Positions 26,799 through 41,754 of a DNA stretch of 64,000 nucleotides are shown here, one piece after another. The stretch's first letter is position 1. The number at the start of each line of letters is the position of its first letter. The stretch spans positions 8,184,001-8,248,000 of the forward strand of contig OX597819.1 in assembly GCA_951406725.2 (NCBI GenBank), given 5' to 3'. Made by a program: the position numbers and the translations under genes. This DNA is from Octopus vulgaris. Its lineage: Eukaryota. The notes beneath the pieces are model-generated. The model was not told the DNA's origin. It searched no databases and saw nothing but the letters and a program-made list of their open reading frames with translations.

Positions 26799-27504
26799 AG
26801 TGTATGTATATATATTCGTACAAGGTAAAATCTCGAAGGATATAGAATAATTTCCATTGAAGGAACTCAACGATTTGCGAATATATATACACTTCTTGAT
26901 GTGACCTCAACTTTCAGCATAAAGGATCCCAATGAAAAATACCGCATAGGATTTAATCTTAACATTTAAAAATAAAAGGAAGTAAAACAAAACACAGATG
27001 CACCACCAATGCAATCGGCGGCGGTGGCGGCGGCAGCAGTAACCACGGAAATAACAAGAAGGACAAAACAAACTATTAAAAGAATAGCTAAAAGAACGAC
27101 TAAACCTACCAACCTCACAACCCAAAGAATTTCGTAATCAGAAAGTATCAAGAAGTAAAATGTAAATTATATCAGTTTTCTTCATTTCCTCAGTTCGAAA
27201 CCTTATATTTAGAGTAAAAACACTAAGACATAAATAACGAAATTTGCTTTCGCTCAATATCCACCATGATTTAACGAGAGCCAACATTTTTTCTTCTTAT
27301 TTAAGTAACCAATAAAATCTCTCCCCGTTCTCTGTTTTTAACAGACAGCAGCCATATTACCTCACGCACCTATTGTCTCTTCCGGTTCAACCTCAGAAAT
27401 ATAATACATCTTAGAAAATTAACTATTGCCATTGTTGAAAAGAATAATGGCCAGCTTAGTTTAGGACAAGGAACATAATATAAACATAGATATGTATATA
27501 CGAT

Positions 27505-27700
<196 letters not shown>

Positions 27701-27887
27701 TATATCTATCAATCTCTCTCTCTCTCCCTATATATATATATATGTGTGTATATATATATATATAAATCCATATATATATATGTATATATATGGATACATA
27801 TATGTATATATATTTATATACATATGTATATATATATATATTAATATAGGTCCATTAAATTTATATATATAAATATATATATATATA

Positions 27888-27928
<41 letters not shown>

Positions 27929-28339
27929 CATATGCATATATTTTCACACATGAACACACAGATTCATGCACACACGTGTATGTGTGTGCATGTGTGTGTA
28001 TACATGGATTGAGTGTGTGTATGTGAGTATATATAAATATATATATACACAAGCACACACATATATATGTGTATGTATACATACACACACACCCGCGCGC
28101 ACACGCATATATATACTTGTATATATGTATATATATGGATATATACACACATCCACACGCATGAACAGACAAATGTATATGGATGTGTATACATATGAAT
28201 ACATATACACATATATTTCCAAATATACATGATATATGTGTATATAATATATGTATATATATATCTATATATATATATACATATATATATACATAAATAT
28301 GTACATATATGTATATATATTTATGCATATATATATGCA

Positions 28340-28370
<31 letters not shown>

Positions 28371-28589
28371 GTTTATATATATATGTGTATATAGATATGT
28401 ATATGTAAATATATGTATATATATATTTACGTATATTTATGTATATATATATGTATATTTACATATGTAAACATGTACATAAGTACAAGTGTATTTGTAT
28501 CATAGACGGTTAATAATTCTTTCATTGTAATTTTATACATACATTCACATACAACACACATTTATGTATGAAAACACTCATCACACACA

Positions 28590-28650
<61 letters not shown>

Positions 28651-28982
28651 TTGTGAGTGTGTGTAGTATGTATGTACTGTATATACTCACGCGCAAGCTA
28701 ATATTACAATAAAAATATTGTAAGGGGTTACCGGAAAGGAAAAATGTGGACAAAAGGGGAAAAAATAAAATAACGATGGGAAATATCGAGATTTTTATAG
28801 GAATTAGAGAAGATAAAGAATATCATAAAACTAAAACTGAATCCCGAGAAAATGGAATGACGAAATATATACATAGTTATAGGAACATACACACAAGACA
28901 CACAGACGCACCCACGTAATGAGTACCCACACATACACACAACGAACGCACGCGGGGTTGTATATACATGCAAACGTATATG

Positions 28983-29024
<42 letters not shown>

Positions 29025-29496
29025 GGTATATATATGTATATATATATATATATATGTATATATATGTATATATATATATATATACTTACATATCCATGTA
29101 CATATATCACATATGAAGTCGTATACATGCGTACAATTATGTATATAGATATGAATATATGTGCGATATATATATCTGTGTGTGTGTGTCGCTCTGTGTA
29201 TTCGAATAGACGTATGCATTTATGTATGTGTATATATGTGTCCATATGTACGTATGTATGGAAGTATGTATGTATGTATGTATGTATGTATGTATGTTTG
29301 TATGTATGTATGTATGTATGTATGTATGTATGTATGTATGTATGTATGTACGTACGTACGTATGTATGTATGTATGTATGTATGCATGTATGTACGTATG
29401 TATGTATGTAAGTATTTATGTATGTATGTATGTATGTATGTATGTATGTTTGTATGTAAGTATGTATGTATGTATGTATGTGTGTATGTATGTATG

Positions 29497-29527
<31 letters not shown>

Positions 29528-29751
29528 GTATGTATGTATGTATGTAAGTATTTATGTATGTATGTATGTATGTATGTATGTATGTATGTATGCATGTAGA
29601 TAGGTATAAATTTTTCACGCTAATTTCAAAGAACAGATACATACAAGAAACATTTTTATGCAAATGAAAACTTTAGTTCATCATATATATATATATATAT
29701 CTTACATATATATTGTATACACTAAATTTTATGATATATATTATACAGATG

Positions 29752-29831
<80 letters not shown>

Positions 29832-30086
29832 ATGTATATTTATAACTTAATAATATACATTTATGTATATATATATATATATATATATACATATATACAG
29901 GTATAATATTATACAGATATTGTATATATATGTATATATATATATATGCATGTATGTATATGGATATATATATATACACACTTATATATATATTTATATA
30001 CACATAGATGTATATTATTATATTATATTATGCACATATGCTATATATATATGTGTGTGTATATGTATATCTATAATATAATATAC

Positions 30087-30123
<37 letters not shown>

Positions 30124-30936
30124 TATAGATATACATATTATCATATTATGCATAAATTGTATATATATATATATGCATGATTGTATAGATAGATATATAT
30201 AAATATATATGCATAATATATATATATGCATATATATATATGTATATATATGTATATATGTATATATATATATATATCCCTAAAAAACCCATATTCATCT
30301 ACACATACCTGCATTCCCAGCGCTTTTTATGTGCGTTTGTGTGTGCATACGTGAAATTACATTAATAAGCCACAGGAAGATATAAGAGTTAAAGCGATAT
30401 AAACAGAGAAACGAGATGGTTGGTTATACATACGCACACACGTACACACATACAAAGATAGAAATATACATATAGATACGTGTGTGTGTGTTTGTTTATG
30501 TGTGTGTGTTTGTGTGTGTTTGCCTGTGTGTGTATGCATGTATGTGTGTAATTGGTAAATTAACATTTAGACAAAGAAACAAGGACAGTTAATCAGGGAA
30601 GTGAGACATATGAAAGACTCTGATAGAAAACAATAAGTTTACAAAAGTAAAGAAACAAAGGGTGGGGCGCATCAAGTGGAAATATATATTATAAAAGGAA
30701 ATGGAGTGAAGTGAAAGGTTTATAAAGAAAAATGGGTGTGGGGGGGATTGTTGGATTTATTAAGTAATCAAAGCAAGATATTAATGAACAACTTTGGAAA
30801 TGAAGGGAGGCTGCTCAAAGTGAAGTGTGTGCAGTAAGGTATATACATACATACATACATGTATGTATGTATATATGTATATATGTTTGTATGTGTGTAT
30901 GTATGTATATATGTATGTGTATGTATAAATAAATAA

Positions 30937-30993
<57 letters not shown>

Positions 30994-31139
30994 CATATTT
31001 ATAGACATGCATACATATATGTATGTATGTATGTATATATATATATATATATATATTTATACTATACATAGATATATATACATACATGCATACATACATA
31101 CATGTATGTATGTATATATGTATGTGTATGTATAAATAA

Positions 31140-31258
<119 letters not shown>

Positions 31259-31282
31259 TTTATAGACATGCATACATATATG

Positions 31283-31327
<45 letters not shown>

Positions 31328-31505
31328 TACACATATATACATATACATGTACATACTTATAGGAGCAAGTACACAAACGAACATCTAAATGAGATATTTG
31401 ATGTGAAGCATATTTATTATATTGTATATATTTATGTTTGTGCGCGCACATGCGTACGTAGCCATGCGTACGTGTGGAGTCCATATGCATGTCTATAACT
31501 GAGAG

Positions 31506-31550
<45 letters not shown>

Positions 31551-31826
31551 GTTTTATCTATCTATTTAAGTATACAGTCACACACGCACACACACATAAG
31601 CACATGTATATTTATATGTTTATATATATAAGTGTGTGTGTGTGTATGTGTGTAGATGAACAAGATATATAGCTAGACATAGAGAGATGGATAGATAGAG
31701 AGATAGATATACAAACACACACGCACACGCTTGTATCTTTATATATTTATATATAGGTATAAATATATATATATATATATTTGTATATATATATGTATAT
31801 ATATATATACATGTATGTATACACAC

Positions 31827-31857
<31 letters not shown>

Positions 31858-31941
31858 CAATATATATATATCACATGCTCACGTATGAATCTATATATAA
31901 TTATATATAGGTATACATATATATTGTCTATATATTTGTAT

Positions 31942-31976
<35 letters not shown>

Positions 31977-32282
31977 GATATATACTTGATCACCTATGAT
32001 TAATCAAGTGTTTATCCCTCCACGGATGTGTGTGCTCGTGGGCTGGGAGTGTATAATGGACTTACAATCAAAGAAACGTATTAGCGAACATATTTACATA
32101 AATATTTACACAGATACATATGATGCAAAGCATGATCACCCACAGTTATGTATACACACATGCATATGAACATGCATGCCTACATACATACATGCAGCCA
32201 TACAGCCATACATTCACACCTATATACATATATATTTACTTTCATACATACAGACATACATACATATGTACGTACGTATAGG

Positions 32283-32326
<44 letters not shown>

Positions 32327-32333
32327 TAAATAA

Positions 32334-32367
<34 letters not shown>

Positions 32368-32879
32368 TGCTTGCGTAAATACATAGTACATACATACAGA
32401 CATATGCACACATACATTCATACATACATGGATACTTACAAACATACATACATACATGCATAGCAAAATGACAAGCAACTTCAAGTTAGTGTTGGAGAGG
32501 CGGTGTTCATGAAGTTTTATGCGCAGGAGAGTGCGAGAAAAAGTGAGAGGAGACTGGGGGAGATTGAGAAGGAGTGGAATAAGAAAAATAATGTTTTAGG
32601 AAGAAGCAGAAGGATTTTTTTTTAGAAGTGACATTGAGAGATTAAGGAAATTGAGGAAAGTTAATTACAGAAGAAAGACAAAATGACAAAGGGGAGGTTT
32701 AATGAAGAAAAAGAGGAATGGACAGGGACGGTGGCTCGATAGGAGTGAAATATGAACGCGGGCATAAACTGAAATATGCACACACACACACACATACACA
32801 CACGCACACACATACACACACAACAAGTTAGTTTACATACTTCTTTTTATATATATGCATATAAAAGTAGATACCTATG

Positions 32880-32951
<72 letters not shown>

Positions 32952-32978
32952 GATCTATCTATCTATCTATCTATCTAT

Positions 32979-33295
32979 ATTCACGTGACACGTGAATATT
33001 CACGTGACAGACCAGATCATCAGATGTTGTTACACATCGCTGGTCACAATGCGTTCTCATTCTTTTAGCCTTCGAATGACGCCACCCGGCTGGCTAAGCG
33101 AGCAGGCCAACAGAAGAAAAAGTGGGAGAAAGAGTGGTGAAAGAGTACAGCAGGGATCACCATCCCTTGCCGGAGACACGTGGAGCTTTTAGGTGTTTTC
33201 GCTTAATAAACACACACAACGCTCGGTCTGGGAATCGAAACCGCGATCCTACGACCGCGAGTCCACTGCCCTAACCACTGGGCCATTGCGCCTCC

Positions 33296-33296
<1 letters not shown>
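32979..33296 (-). mobile_element. SINE family C, tail type 2
   Basis: The first ~125 nt match the 9863 head; the rest differs and ends in repeated CACGTGA(ATA). Confidence 0.88.
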
Positions 33297-33341
<45 letters not shown>

Positions 33342-33344
33342 GTT

Positions 33345-33376
<32 letters not shown>

Positions 33377-33554
33377 TGTATGTATGTATATATATATATA
33401 TGTGTGTGTGTGTGTAAACTGACACAAACACACAAACACACATGTATACAAACTTAAATGTATGTTTTTGTATGTATGCATGTGTATCTCTCTCTTTCTC
33501 TCTCTCTATCTATATGTATGTTTATATACACGTATATATATATATATATGTATG

Positions 33555-33605
<51 letters not shown>

Positions 33606-33736
33606 ATATATATATATATGTGTGTGTGTTTGTGTGTGTGTCTGTGTATTTATATATACATACATACATACATACACACATACATACATACATACATATA
33701 TACATACATACATACATACACACACATACATGCATG

Positions 33737-33767
<31 letters not shown>

Positions 33768-33810
33768 GCACACATACATACATACATACATACATACATA
33801 CATACATACA

Positions 33811-33843
<33 letters not shown>

Positions 33844-33882
33844 GCACACATACATACATACATACATACATACATACATACA

Positions 33883-33916
<34 letters not shown>

Positions 33917-34059
33917 CGTGCTGAACGCGAGCGATGTGAGACGTTGGAAGGCAAAAATAAAGTAATAATAATTGAAAAAGAAATGCGACGCCCTGGCAGA
34001 ATCGTTAACACGCTGAACAAAAATGCTTCATGCCAATTCGTCTCTATTTACGTCTCAAA

Positions 34060-34383
34060 TCTCTCTCAAAGACTTCTCCATCGGCACAGAGACTTGGGAG
34101 ACACTTGCTGCCGACCGCTCATCCTGGCGCAGCGCAATCAGCACAGGAGCAAAGACAGCCGAGGAGAGACGGATTCAGTCAGCAGAACAGAAACGCCAGA
34201 TGCGGAAAGCCAGAGCCACCTGCACCAATAGCACAGCCCCTACCCACATCTGCCCCACCTGTGGGAGGAGCTTTCTTTCCCGGATTTGCCTCACCAGCCA
34301 CCTCCGGTCTCATAGCAGCAATTCCACCAAATGATGACAATGGTCATCTTCGAACCCGAAGGACGAACATTATTATTATTATT
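34060..34383 (+). pseudogene. RTE-clade LINE 3' fragment
   Basis: Translation WETLAADRSSWRSAI...CPTCGRSFLSRICLTSHLRSH* (C2H2 finger), short 3' UTR with hairpin TTCG aacc CGAA, and (TTA)n tail. Confidence 0.85.
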
Positions 34384-34650
34384 TACGTTCTGATTTCAAA
34401 TTCTGTCGAGGTCGAGTTTGCTTTCCATCTTCTGGGATGAATTACATAAATACTAGTGGGGCACTGCGATTGAAGTAATCGACATGCCTCTAGCCCCGAA
34501 ATTATTGACCTTGTTCCAAAATTCGAAATCAATATTAATTCAGAGCCCTCGGAGTATAGAGAGAGATTATGACAAAAGACGGAAAAAATTTAGAAAGCGA
34601 TGGATAGAGAAATATGATAGAGAGAGATATTGTATATGAATGTATATATG

Positions 34651-34744
<94 letters not shown>

Positions 34745-35010
34745 ATATAAATATGTATATCTAATGTAGGCTAAAATTTTTTTCGAAAAAAATTCTTTTC
34801 CCAAAAAATTTTATCAATGGCCAGCATATTAAAAAATACCTTTAAAGGTTAAATTTATAAACAATTCATAAATAAGGGAAACGAAAAAATTTCTAATGCC
34901 AGATATACCGAAAAATTGGACATATTGTCCATTAACCATTTAATTTTTTCACAGTACGCACGCTACTCGAAAAAAGGTCGACAAAAATTTTTTTAAAATT
35001 TCATTATTAC

Positions 35011-35067
35011 CATATCGGACCGATTTCAGGGTTAGCTTATAACAGCCCTCCCTTCGTCAGTGATACA
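35011..35067 (-). ncRNA. Minimal type-I hammerhead ribozyme (canonical core) in a ~380-bp insert (34760-35140) between (TA)n tracts
   Basis: Minus strand reads TGTATCA-CTGACGA-AGGG...CCCT-GAAA-TCGG-TC-CGATATG; helix I has a terminal A·C mismatch. Confidence 0.75.
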
Positions 35068-35213
35068 TGTGGCAGAAGAAATAAATGAATTACTTACTCA
35101 TACCCATGGAAGAAGCAAGCACTAAGTCATGAGCACAATTAAGTATATATATATGTATATGTGTATATATATGTATATACACACACACATATATATATAT
35201 ATGTATGTTTACA

Positions 35214-35255
<42 letters not shown>

Positions 35256-35287
35256 TATATACATACATATATGTACATATAAGGGCA

Positions 35288-35516
35288 TATATGGGCACAG
35301 GACGTTACAGAACGTAAACAACTTGAAATACGAAAACATGGAATACGAACATTTTTTGCGAACAAAGAAAGAAACAAATGGAAAACAAGACAAGCAACAT
35401 AAAGAACGACCCTTCATATTTTGCTCGATATACGGAGTAGAAAAATTTCTTATTCCATGTTTTCGTATTTCGTATTTCATGTTGTTTACGTTCTTTGGTG
35501 TCCTGTTCCCATATAT
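35288..35516. repeat. Fold-back insert with ~60-bp inverted arms in a TA tract
   Basis: ATATATGGGCACAGGAC...AGAACGTAAACAAC.TGAAATACGAAAACATGGAATA is mirrored by its reverse complement at 35451-35516. Confidence 0.85.
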
Positions 35517-35776
35517 GCATTTGTATATACATATATATGTAAATATGTACATATATGTATCTATATACATGCATATATAACTATGTACATATATGTATGT
35601 ATATATGCATATATATGTATATATACATACATATACATATATACATACTTATATTAATAAAAGGAATTCCAACCTTGTCTGATTTTCACGTTTTATTTAC
35701 AATCTTACAATGATATAAGATAATATAATATAATAAAATAAAATAAAATAATAGAATGTTAAATTTTCATTCTGAT

Positions 35777-35821
35777 TGAACTAGTACTTTCATGCATTAA
35801 ATTCTGCAATCTTCAGGTTCA
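35777..35821 (-). ncRNA. Minimal type-I hammerhead ribozyme (canonical core)
   Basis: Minus strand reads TGAAC-CTGAAGA-T-TGCA gaatttaa TGCA-T-GAAA-GTAC-TA-GTTCA, with a perfect helix I and palindromic helix III AGTACT. Confidence 0.8.
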
Positions 35822-35888
35822 TGTAGTAGTGGTGACAGTCATGCTTCACAATTTTTGACTGTCAAAAATTGTGAAACAAAAATGCTAG

Positions 35889-35938
35889 CAAAAACTGTCC
35901 GATGAACGGCAACGGGAAACTCAGAGTAACAGGTTTTG
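35889..35938 (+). ncRNA. Type-I hammerhead motif (U4C variant)
   Basis: Reads CAAAAACTGT-CCGATGA-ACG gcaa CGG-GAAA-CTCAGAG-TA-ACAGGTTTTG; homologous to 41620-41657. Confidence 0.7.
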
Positions 35939-36077
35939 TTGAATTTTCAGCTGCTTTAAATAAAGTATATATATATGTATATATATCCTCGGTCCTTCTT
36001 TCCTGAGAGTCTGATAATACAGTACTTGTACCACGTCCTCGCGTTATGTTTTTTTCTTGTTTGTTCTTTGCTTGCAT

Positions 36078-36136
<59 letters not shown>

Positions 36137-36219
36137 GCATACATTCATACACAATATCTCTCTCTTCCATCTTTCTCTATCCATCTATCTTCCGCTCTCT
36201 CCCCCTCTCTCACTGCATA

Positions 36220-36960
36220 TGTACATTTTATACTTCTAATTTCGCAGATGCGAATTGTTTATTTTTGATTTTGTCTGCTATACAGTATAGTAGGCTCAGT
36301 TGGGCACCGTCTGTGAGAAAAACAGTACCATGACTCAATTCAGTCTGCCAGAAATTTGGAAACGACAAGCTGTACTGCTTGGCATTTGCGCTGGAAGCTG
36401 CAATACGAACATTTCAGAGTGTTTGGATGTCAATCTGAAGACCGGGAAACGTGCGGACATGTATTGAGAGTGATAAAATTCAAAAGTTCAGTCAACATCA
36501 TGGTGTTTGGAGTGATCACTAGTAATGGCGAAGTTATGCCTCCATTCATCTTCCTACACAACCTCACACTCGACACGGAGGTCTACATCAAGTACCTGGA
36601 GGAAGTAGTGCTGCCCTGGGATAAGGGTATGTCTGCTGGAAGACTCTATGCCTGGCAACAGAACTCTGCACCATGTCATAGAAGCAGGAGAACCCAGTCA
36701 TGGCTGTCAGACAATTTCTGCGACCACATCGTCCTTAACATCTGTACACCTAAACTTCTAGACTGCAACCCCTTCATTATTACGTGTGGGACGCAGTTGA
36801 TCAAGAGGATAGCAAAACTACTTGCAGCCCCCAAGATTAACTGAAGGCAAGAATTACAGCAGCATCCACCAACTTAAACGAGGAAACCTTCCAGAAAAGT
36901 GGCAGGAGATTTCGAAGACGTCTAGAGGCCGTAGTTGAAGCCAATGCCGATTTTATTAAA
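36220..36960 (+). mobile_element. Internally deleted maT-like (DD37D) Tc1/mariner relic
   Basis: Translation IMVFGVITSNG..WQQNSAPCH..DCNP; homologous to 61931-62711. Confidence 0.8.
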
Positions 36961-37019
36961 CAAGGCACACAGAGTTGCGCTCGGTAGTGAAGTGAAAGCA
37001 CACTATAAAAATAAAACTA

Positions 37020-37090
<71 letters not shown>

Positions 37091-37831
37091 ATCCAATTTT
37101 GGCCACAAACTGGAAGGTTAACCTTAGGAATAAGCAAGTATCTCCACTGAGCTGCATCTGCAATAGACCATATCACGAACGAATGCCCTAGACTCGCCCA
37201 TAACTACTACAAGTTGTGGCGACACTACCAGGTAACGAAGTGCTACATTGGGAACTGTGCGAAAAGTGGGAGCTAGAGAGATGTAAGGCGTGGTATGAGG
37301 ACAAATGGCAGAGAGTGGCGGAGTCGGAGACTAGCAAAATCCTCTGGGATTTCTCAATCCTAACAGATCAGGTGCTAGAGCATAACAGACCGGACCTAGT
37401 GCTGGTGGACAAGGTGCCCCACATATGCTATATAGTTGGCGTTGTATGCCCCTTTGACCCACGAATAGTCAAGAAGAAAGACGAAAATATCGATAGATAA
37501 GAACCCTTTTATGTACGAAATAACCCGACTATGAAAAATGAAGAAGGTGAAGATAGTGCCAATTATTGTTGTGTCTTTAGGAATTGTATCAGAAGGCATC
37601 AAGGGGAATATAAAGGAAATTGCAATAAAGTGCCCAGTAGAAGTGTTACAAAAGGTTTGCCTGCTTGGCAAGGTCAGAATAACCAGGAAAGTATTAGTAG
37701 AAAAGAACGAATAGCTTGGTACTGTAGGCTGCAGGTTGTTAGCCCACTACACATGTAAGTCTCCAGCAGCTCCAGCGATACCTGTGATTAAAGAGAAAAC
37801 GATTCTGATGCTGATGATGATGATGAGGAGG

Positions 37832-37927
<96 letters not shown>

Positions 37928-37951
37928 CTACTGAATAATAATAATGATAAT

Positions 37952-38032
<81 letters not shown>

Positions 38033-38315
38033 TAATAATAATAATAATAATGATAATAAGCATAAAATTGGCTGGATGGAATAAAATCTAAGCACTCAAT
38101 ATGTGGGCGTTAGCATGACTTCGATATAGAACGGGAATTATAAAATGGCAAAAGAGAAAAAAGAAGGAAATGGATACCAAGACCAGAAAAATGTTAACAG
38201 TACACGGAGTGACACCGATAGGCTGTACTTATCCAGAAGAAAGAGTGGGAGAGGTTTGAGCAGTTGCCAGGACTGTACTGAAGCAGAGGAAAACAGCCTA
38301 GGGTGATATATAAAA
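36961..38315 (+). pseudogene. RLE-type (R4/Dong-like) LINE fragments interleaved with (TAA)n tracts
   Basis: LHWELC..WYE..ILWDFSILTDQVLEHNRPDLVLVDK at 37216-37500; DTDRLYLSRRKSGRGL at about 38215; the 3' signature TAAAACTACTGAA(TAA)n appears at about 37013 (one A fewer) and 37923. Confidence 0.82.
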
Positions 38316-38689
38316 AATACCGTGGAACCACTGTTGACCTATCATACATACATACATACATACATACATACATACATACATACATACATTCATACATACA
38401 TACATGCATACATACATACATACATACATACATACATACATACATACATAAATACATACATACATACATACATACATACATACATACATTCATACATACA
38501 TACATACATACATACATACATACATACATACATTCATACATACATACATGCATACATACATACCTACATACATACATACATACATACATACATACATACA
38601 TAAATACATACATACATACATAATACATATAGACATATATATAAAATAACAAAACATACGGTATATACCAGGTAGCTTACAGGTGAAGC

Positions 38690-39085
38690 ACATCCACTCT
38701 CACAGTGTTCGTTGTCTCAGTTTTCTGCGGTGCAAAAGGCATTGTGTTTATCATAAAAAACCCACATCATCAAAGTAGAGAGATTTGCTGAAAGGCTATC
38801 AATACCAAACCGCTTGGAAAATTGAAGAAAGGAACCTTGTATGATCAGGACAATGCTCTAGCCCACAAGTCCTTGGTTTCATTGACTGCTCTGCATAACT
38901 GTGACTTTGAACTGGTTGATCACCCTCTCTATTCTCCTGATCTGATCCTATTTCCCTATCGTCTACCTAACATGAAATATCACTTGGCTGAGAACCAGAA
39001 TTGCAGTGATCATGACGTCATATCTGCTGTTGATGACTTTTTTGACTGCAGCACCGATGGAAGAAGTGTGTGGACCGTAAGGAGA
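38690..39085 (+). pseudogene. Mariner transposase C-terminal fragment
   Basis: Translation QDNALAHKS...ELVDHPLYSPDL. Confidence 0.82.
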
Positions 39086-39141
39086 ACTCTTTTGGTCTCA
39101 CTCCATTCACCCTATGAATGTTTCAGTCGTATGTATGTATG

Positions 39142-39175
<34 letters not shown>

Positions 39176-39261
39176 TGCATTTATGTATGTCTGTATGCAT
39201 CTATGTATGTATGTATGTATGTATGCATGCATACATGTATCTATGTACGCATTTATGTATG

Positions 39262-39301
<40 letters not shown>

Positions 39302-39334
39302 CACGCACACACATACACATACACATATATATGA

Positions 39335-40030
39335 TGGATTCTCTCGTCATGAACGACAAATGGGGGTTCATTAAAATAAAGCATTAATCTTGTACTATGG
39401 ACGCCAATGTGTCTCTTGAAGCCTGCTGGTTCTTTGCAAACTTTTTGGCCAATGGGACAAGTTGAGGACTCAGTTTGCTCGAGTTCTTTTGGATAATTTA
39501 CTGTGTTTTCTTGAGTGGACTGCAAGGTCTGCATTACTTCGTCCACAAAACCACAATGACAGGTAGGTTTCAATTTAGAGAAGAAGCATTTTGCCAACGT
39601 ACCTTCACGCTTGCCCGAAGTTGGTCCCGATGTTGGAGTCGACTTTGTTCAAATTTTTGAACTGTGGAGAAGCAGGACTGGTGTCAGGTTCTGCATTCTG
39701 ATGCTTTGTTTCCCCATGAAGAAAAGAGAATTTTGCATCGCTTCAGATTGTCTTTTAGTTTGTGTTTGAATCCCATGAGTGGCCTTCCAACTGACTTCCC
39801 TGTTTGGAATTGGCCAAAGAAAAGTTGCTTTGGAATTCTGATATTTGTGAGAGATGACGTGACCATCTTAGCTGTATTTTGATGAGGATGGACTCAACAC
39901 CCGATATGTTGAATTTTGTTAGTGCCTGACTGTTATGAATATGACCACACGGTTTTATGTACGCAAGCATCGCATATGAAAAGCATCATGCTGGTTGATG
40001 GGCTTTCGGTACAGAGTTCAAGATTCAGTG
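39335..40030 (-). pseudogene. RTE-like LINE 3' fragment
   Basis: Translations ESILIKIQLRWSRH, RIPKQLFFGQFQTGKSVGRPLMGFKHKLKDNLK, and a decayed zinc finger CPIGQKVCKEPAGFKRHIGVH. Confidence 0.78.
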
Positions 40031-40950
40031 CCATAAAGCGACGATGTAAAAACACTGACTTATATACATCGTCTATCACCTTCAATATAATGAATATATG
40101 TATATATGTACATGTATAGAATCCATAATTAATATATGTATAGAAATATATATTTTTGTATGTATGTATGTATGTATGCATGCATGCATGCACGCATGCA
40201 TTCGCGCGCGCGTGTGTGCGTGTCTGTGCCTGTGGCAAGAAAGTGTTGACAAGGGACAGGATGGATACTTAGGTATTTCAGGACAAAAGATCAAGAAGCA
40301 ATGTTGACCTGTCAAAGACCTTTGTTTTCAGCTGCCTGTGCCACTGCTCCCAACTGTGCCAAACGCACAACCACGGTGAAACTGATAAACGTATGGCGGA
40401 GGTTTGAAAGACTCTCTCTGGAGCGATAACGCGAGATAAATAATAATTTACACGCCAACAATTCTAGAAGGACTAGTAACTAACTTTGGCATCAAAAGTT
40501 ATGCAAATACCTCTTCTGGATTTCATTGTGTAGTACCAAAGATGACATAATCTCCATATAAAGTGAGGACGAGGCACAGCAATAGCTTGGTATTCAAAGT
40601 CTCACATCTCTTCAATATTTTTTTTCTTCCAAAAGGAATTGTTCATTCTCATATCTATGATAATAAATAAACCATTCTTCCGACATAAAGTTCAGCTGAG
40701 AACTGAGAGCCCCTCATACACCAAAAGAGTTACCGAAAGAACAACAGAACATGCAAAAGTGGTAATATGGAATCCCATCAACAAGAAATAAACTAAATAA
40801 GGGAGTTGTATGAAAGTACACAAAATCAAGGTGTGTTCAAGTGTGACTGCAACTGCTTGGCTGAAACATATAAAAAAATAAATAATGATACAAATATTAT
40901 AAATGTGATATATATATATATGTGATATATATATATATATATATATATAT

Positions 40951-41254
40951 GTAAAAGTAAAAAATATACAAACTGGGACAAGAACGTGAAACAATTAGAA
41001 GACGACACAAAAAACACGGACTTCAATCTTCAGTCAAGAACCGGATCATCTTCGCAATTTCGGCTGATTAATCTTGAGATTGCTCCGACCTGGGCAGCCC
41101 CAAAGGAAAATCTAAGCCAAGCACATTAGATCCCTTGGAAGAAAGCCTCGAATGTATACAACACAGGGACGGAAAAAGGATGATGTTACACAAATAAAAA
41201 CACAAAAATACGTAAAACAATAATGATAATAATAACAACAAAACCAGGACGTGA

Positions 41255-41260
<6 letters not shown>
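40951..41260. repeat. Second copy of the 25803 family, in (TA)n
   Basis: See 25803-26046. Confidence 0.8.
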
Positions 41261-41301
<41 letters not shown>

Positions 41302-41619
41302 ACAGAGACACACACACACACATATATATACATACATATACATATATATATGACTGTATAAGGTATCTTTTAGCTTTCACTTGTTTCAGATTGTGACCAT
41401 GCTGGGGCTTCGTCTTAAAAAATTTTTCTCGAATAATTCGACCCAGTTTACGGGGACGTAAACACTTCAACATCGTTTGACATTAGATGGTGCGAGACAA
41501 ACACAGACAAAAAGACAAAAGCACACACTCACACACAAACACACACACCGACCCCCCCACACACACACACACTTTATTATAATTGAAGCTGCAAAAACAT
41601 CACAAAAATATTACAAAGA

Positions 41620-41655
41620 CTGCTACTCAGAGTTTCACGTTCCCGTTCATAGGAC

Positions 41656-41657
<2 letters not shown>
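41620..41657 (-). ncRNA. Decayed hammerhead motif (core CCTATGA), homolog of 35889
   Basis: Minus strand reads CTGT-CCTATGA-ACG ggaa CGT-GAAA-CTCTGAG-TA-GCAG; lies in an 80-bp insert (41578-41658) abutting (TA)n. Confidence 0.6.
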
Positions 41658-41751
<94 letters not shown>

Positions 41752-41754
<3 letters not shown>

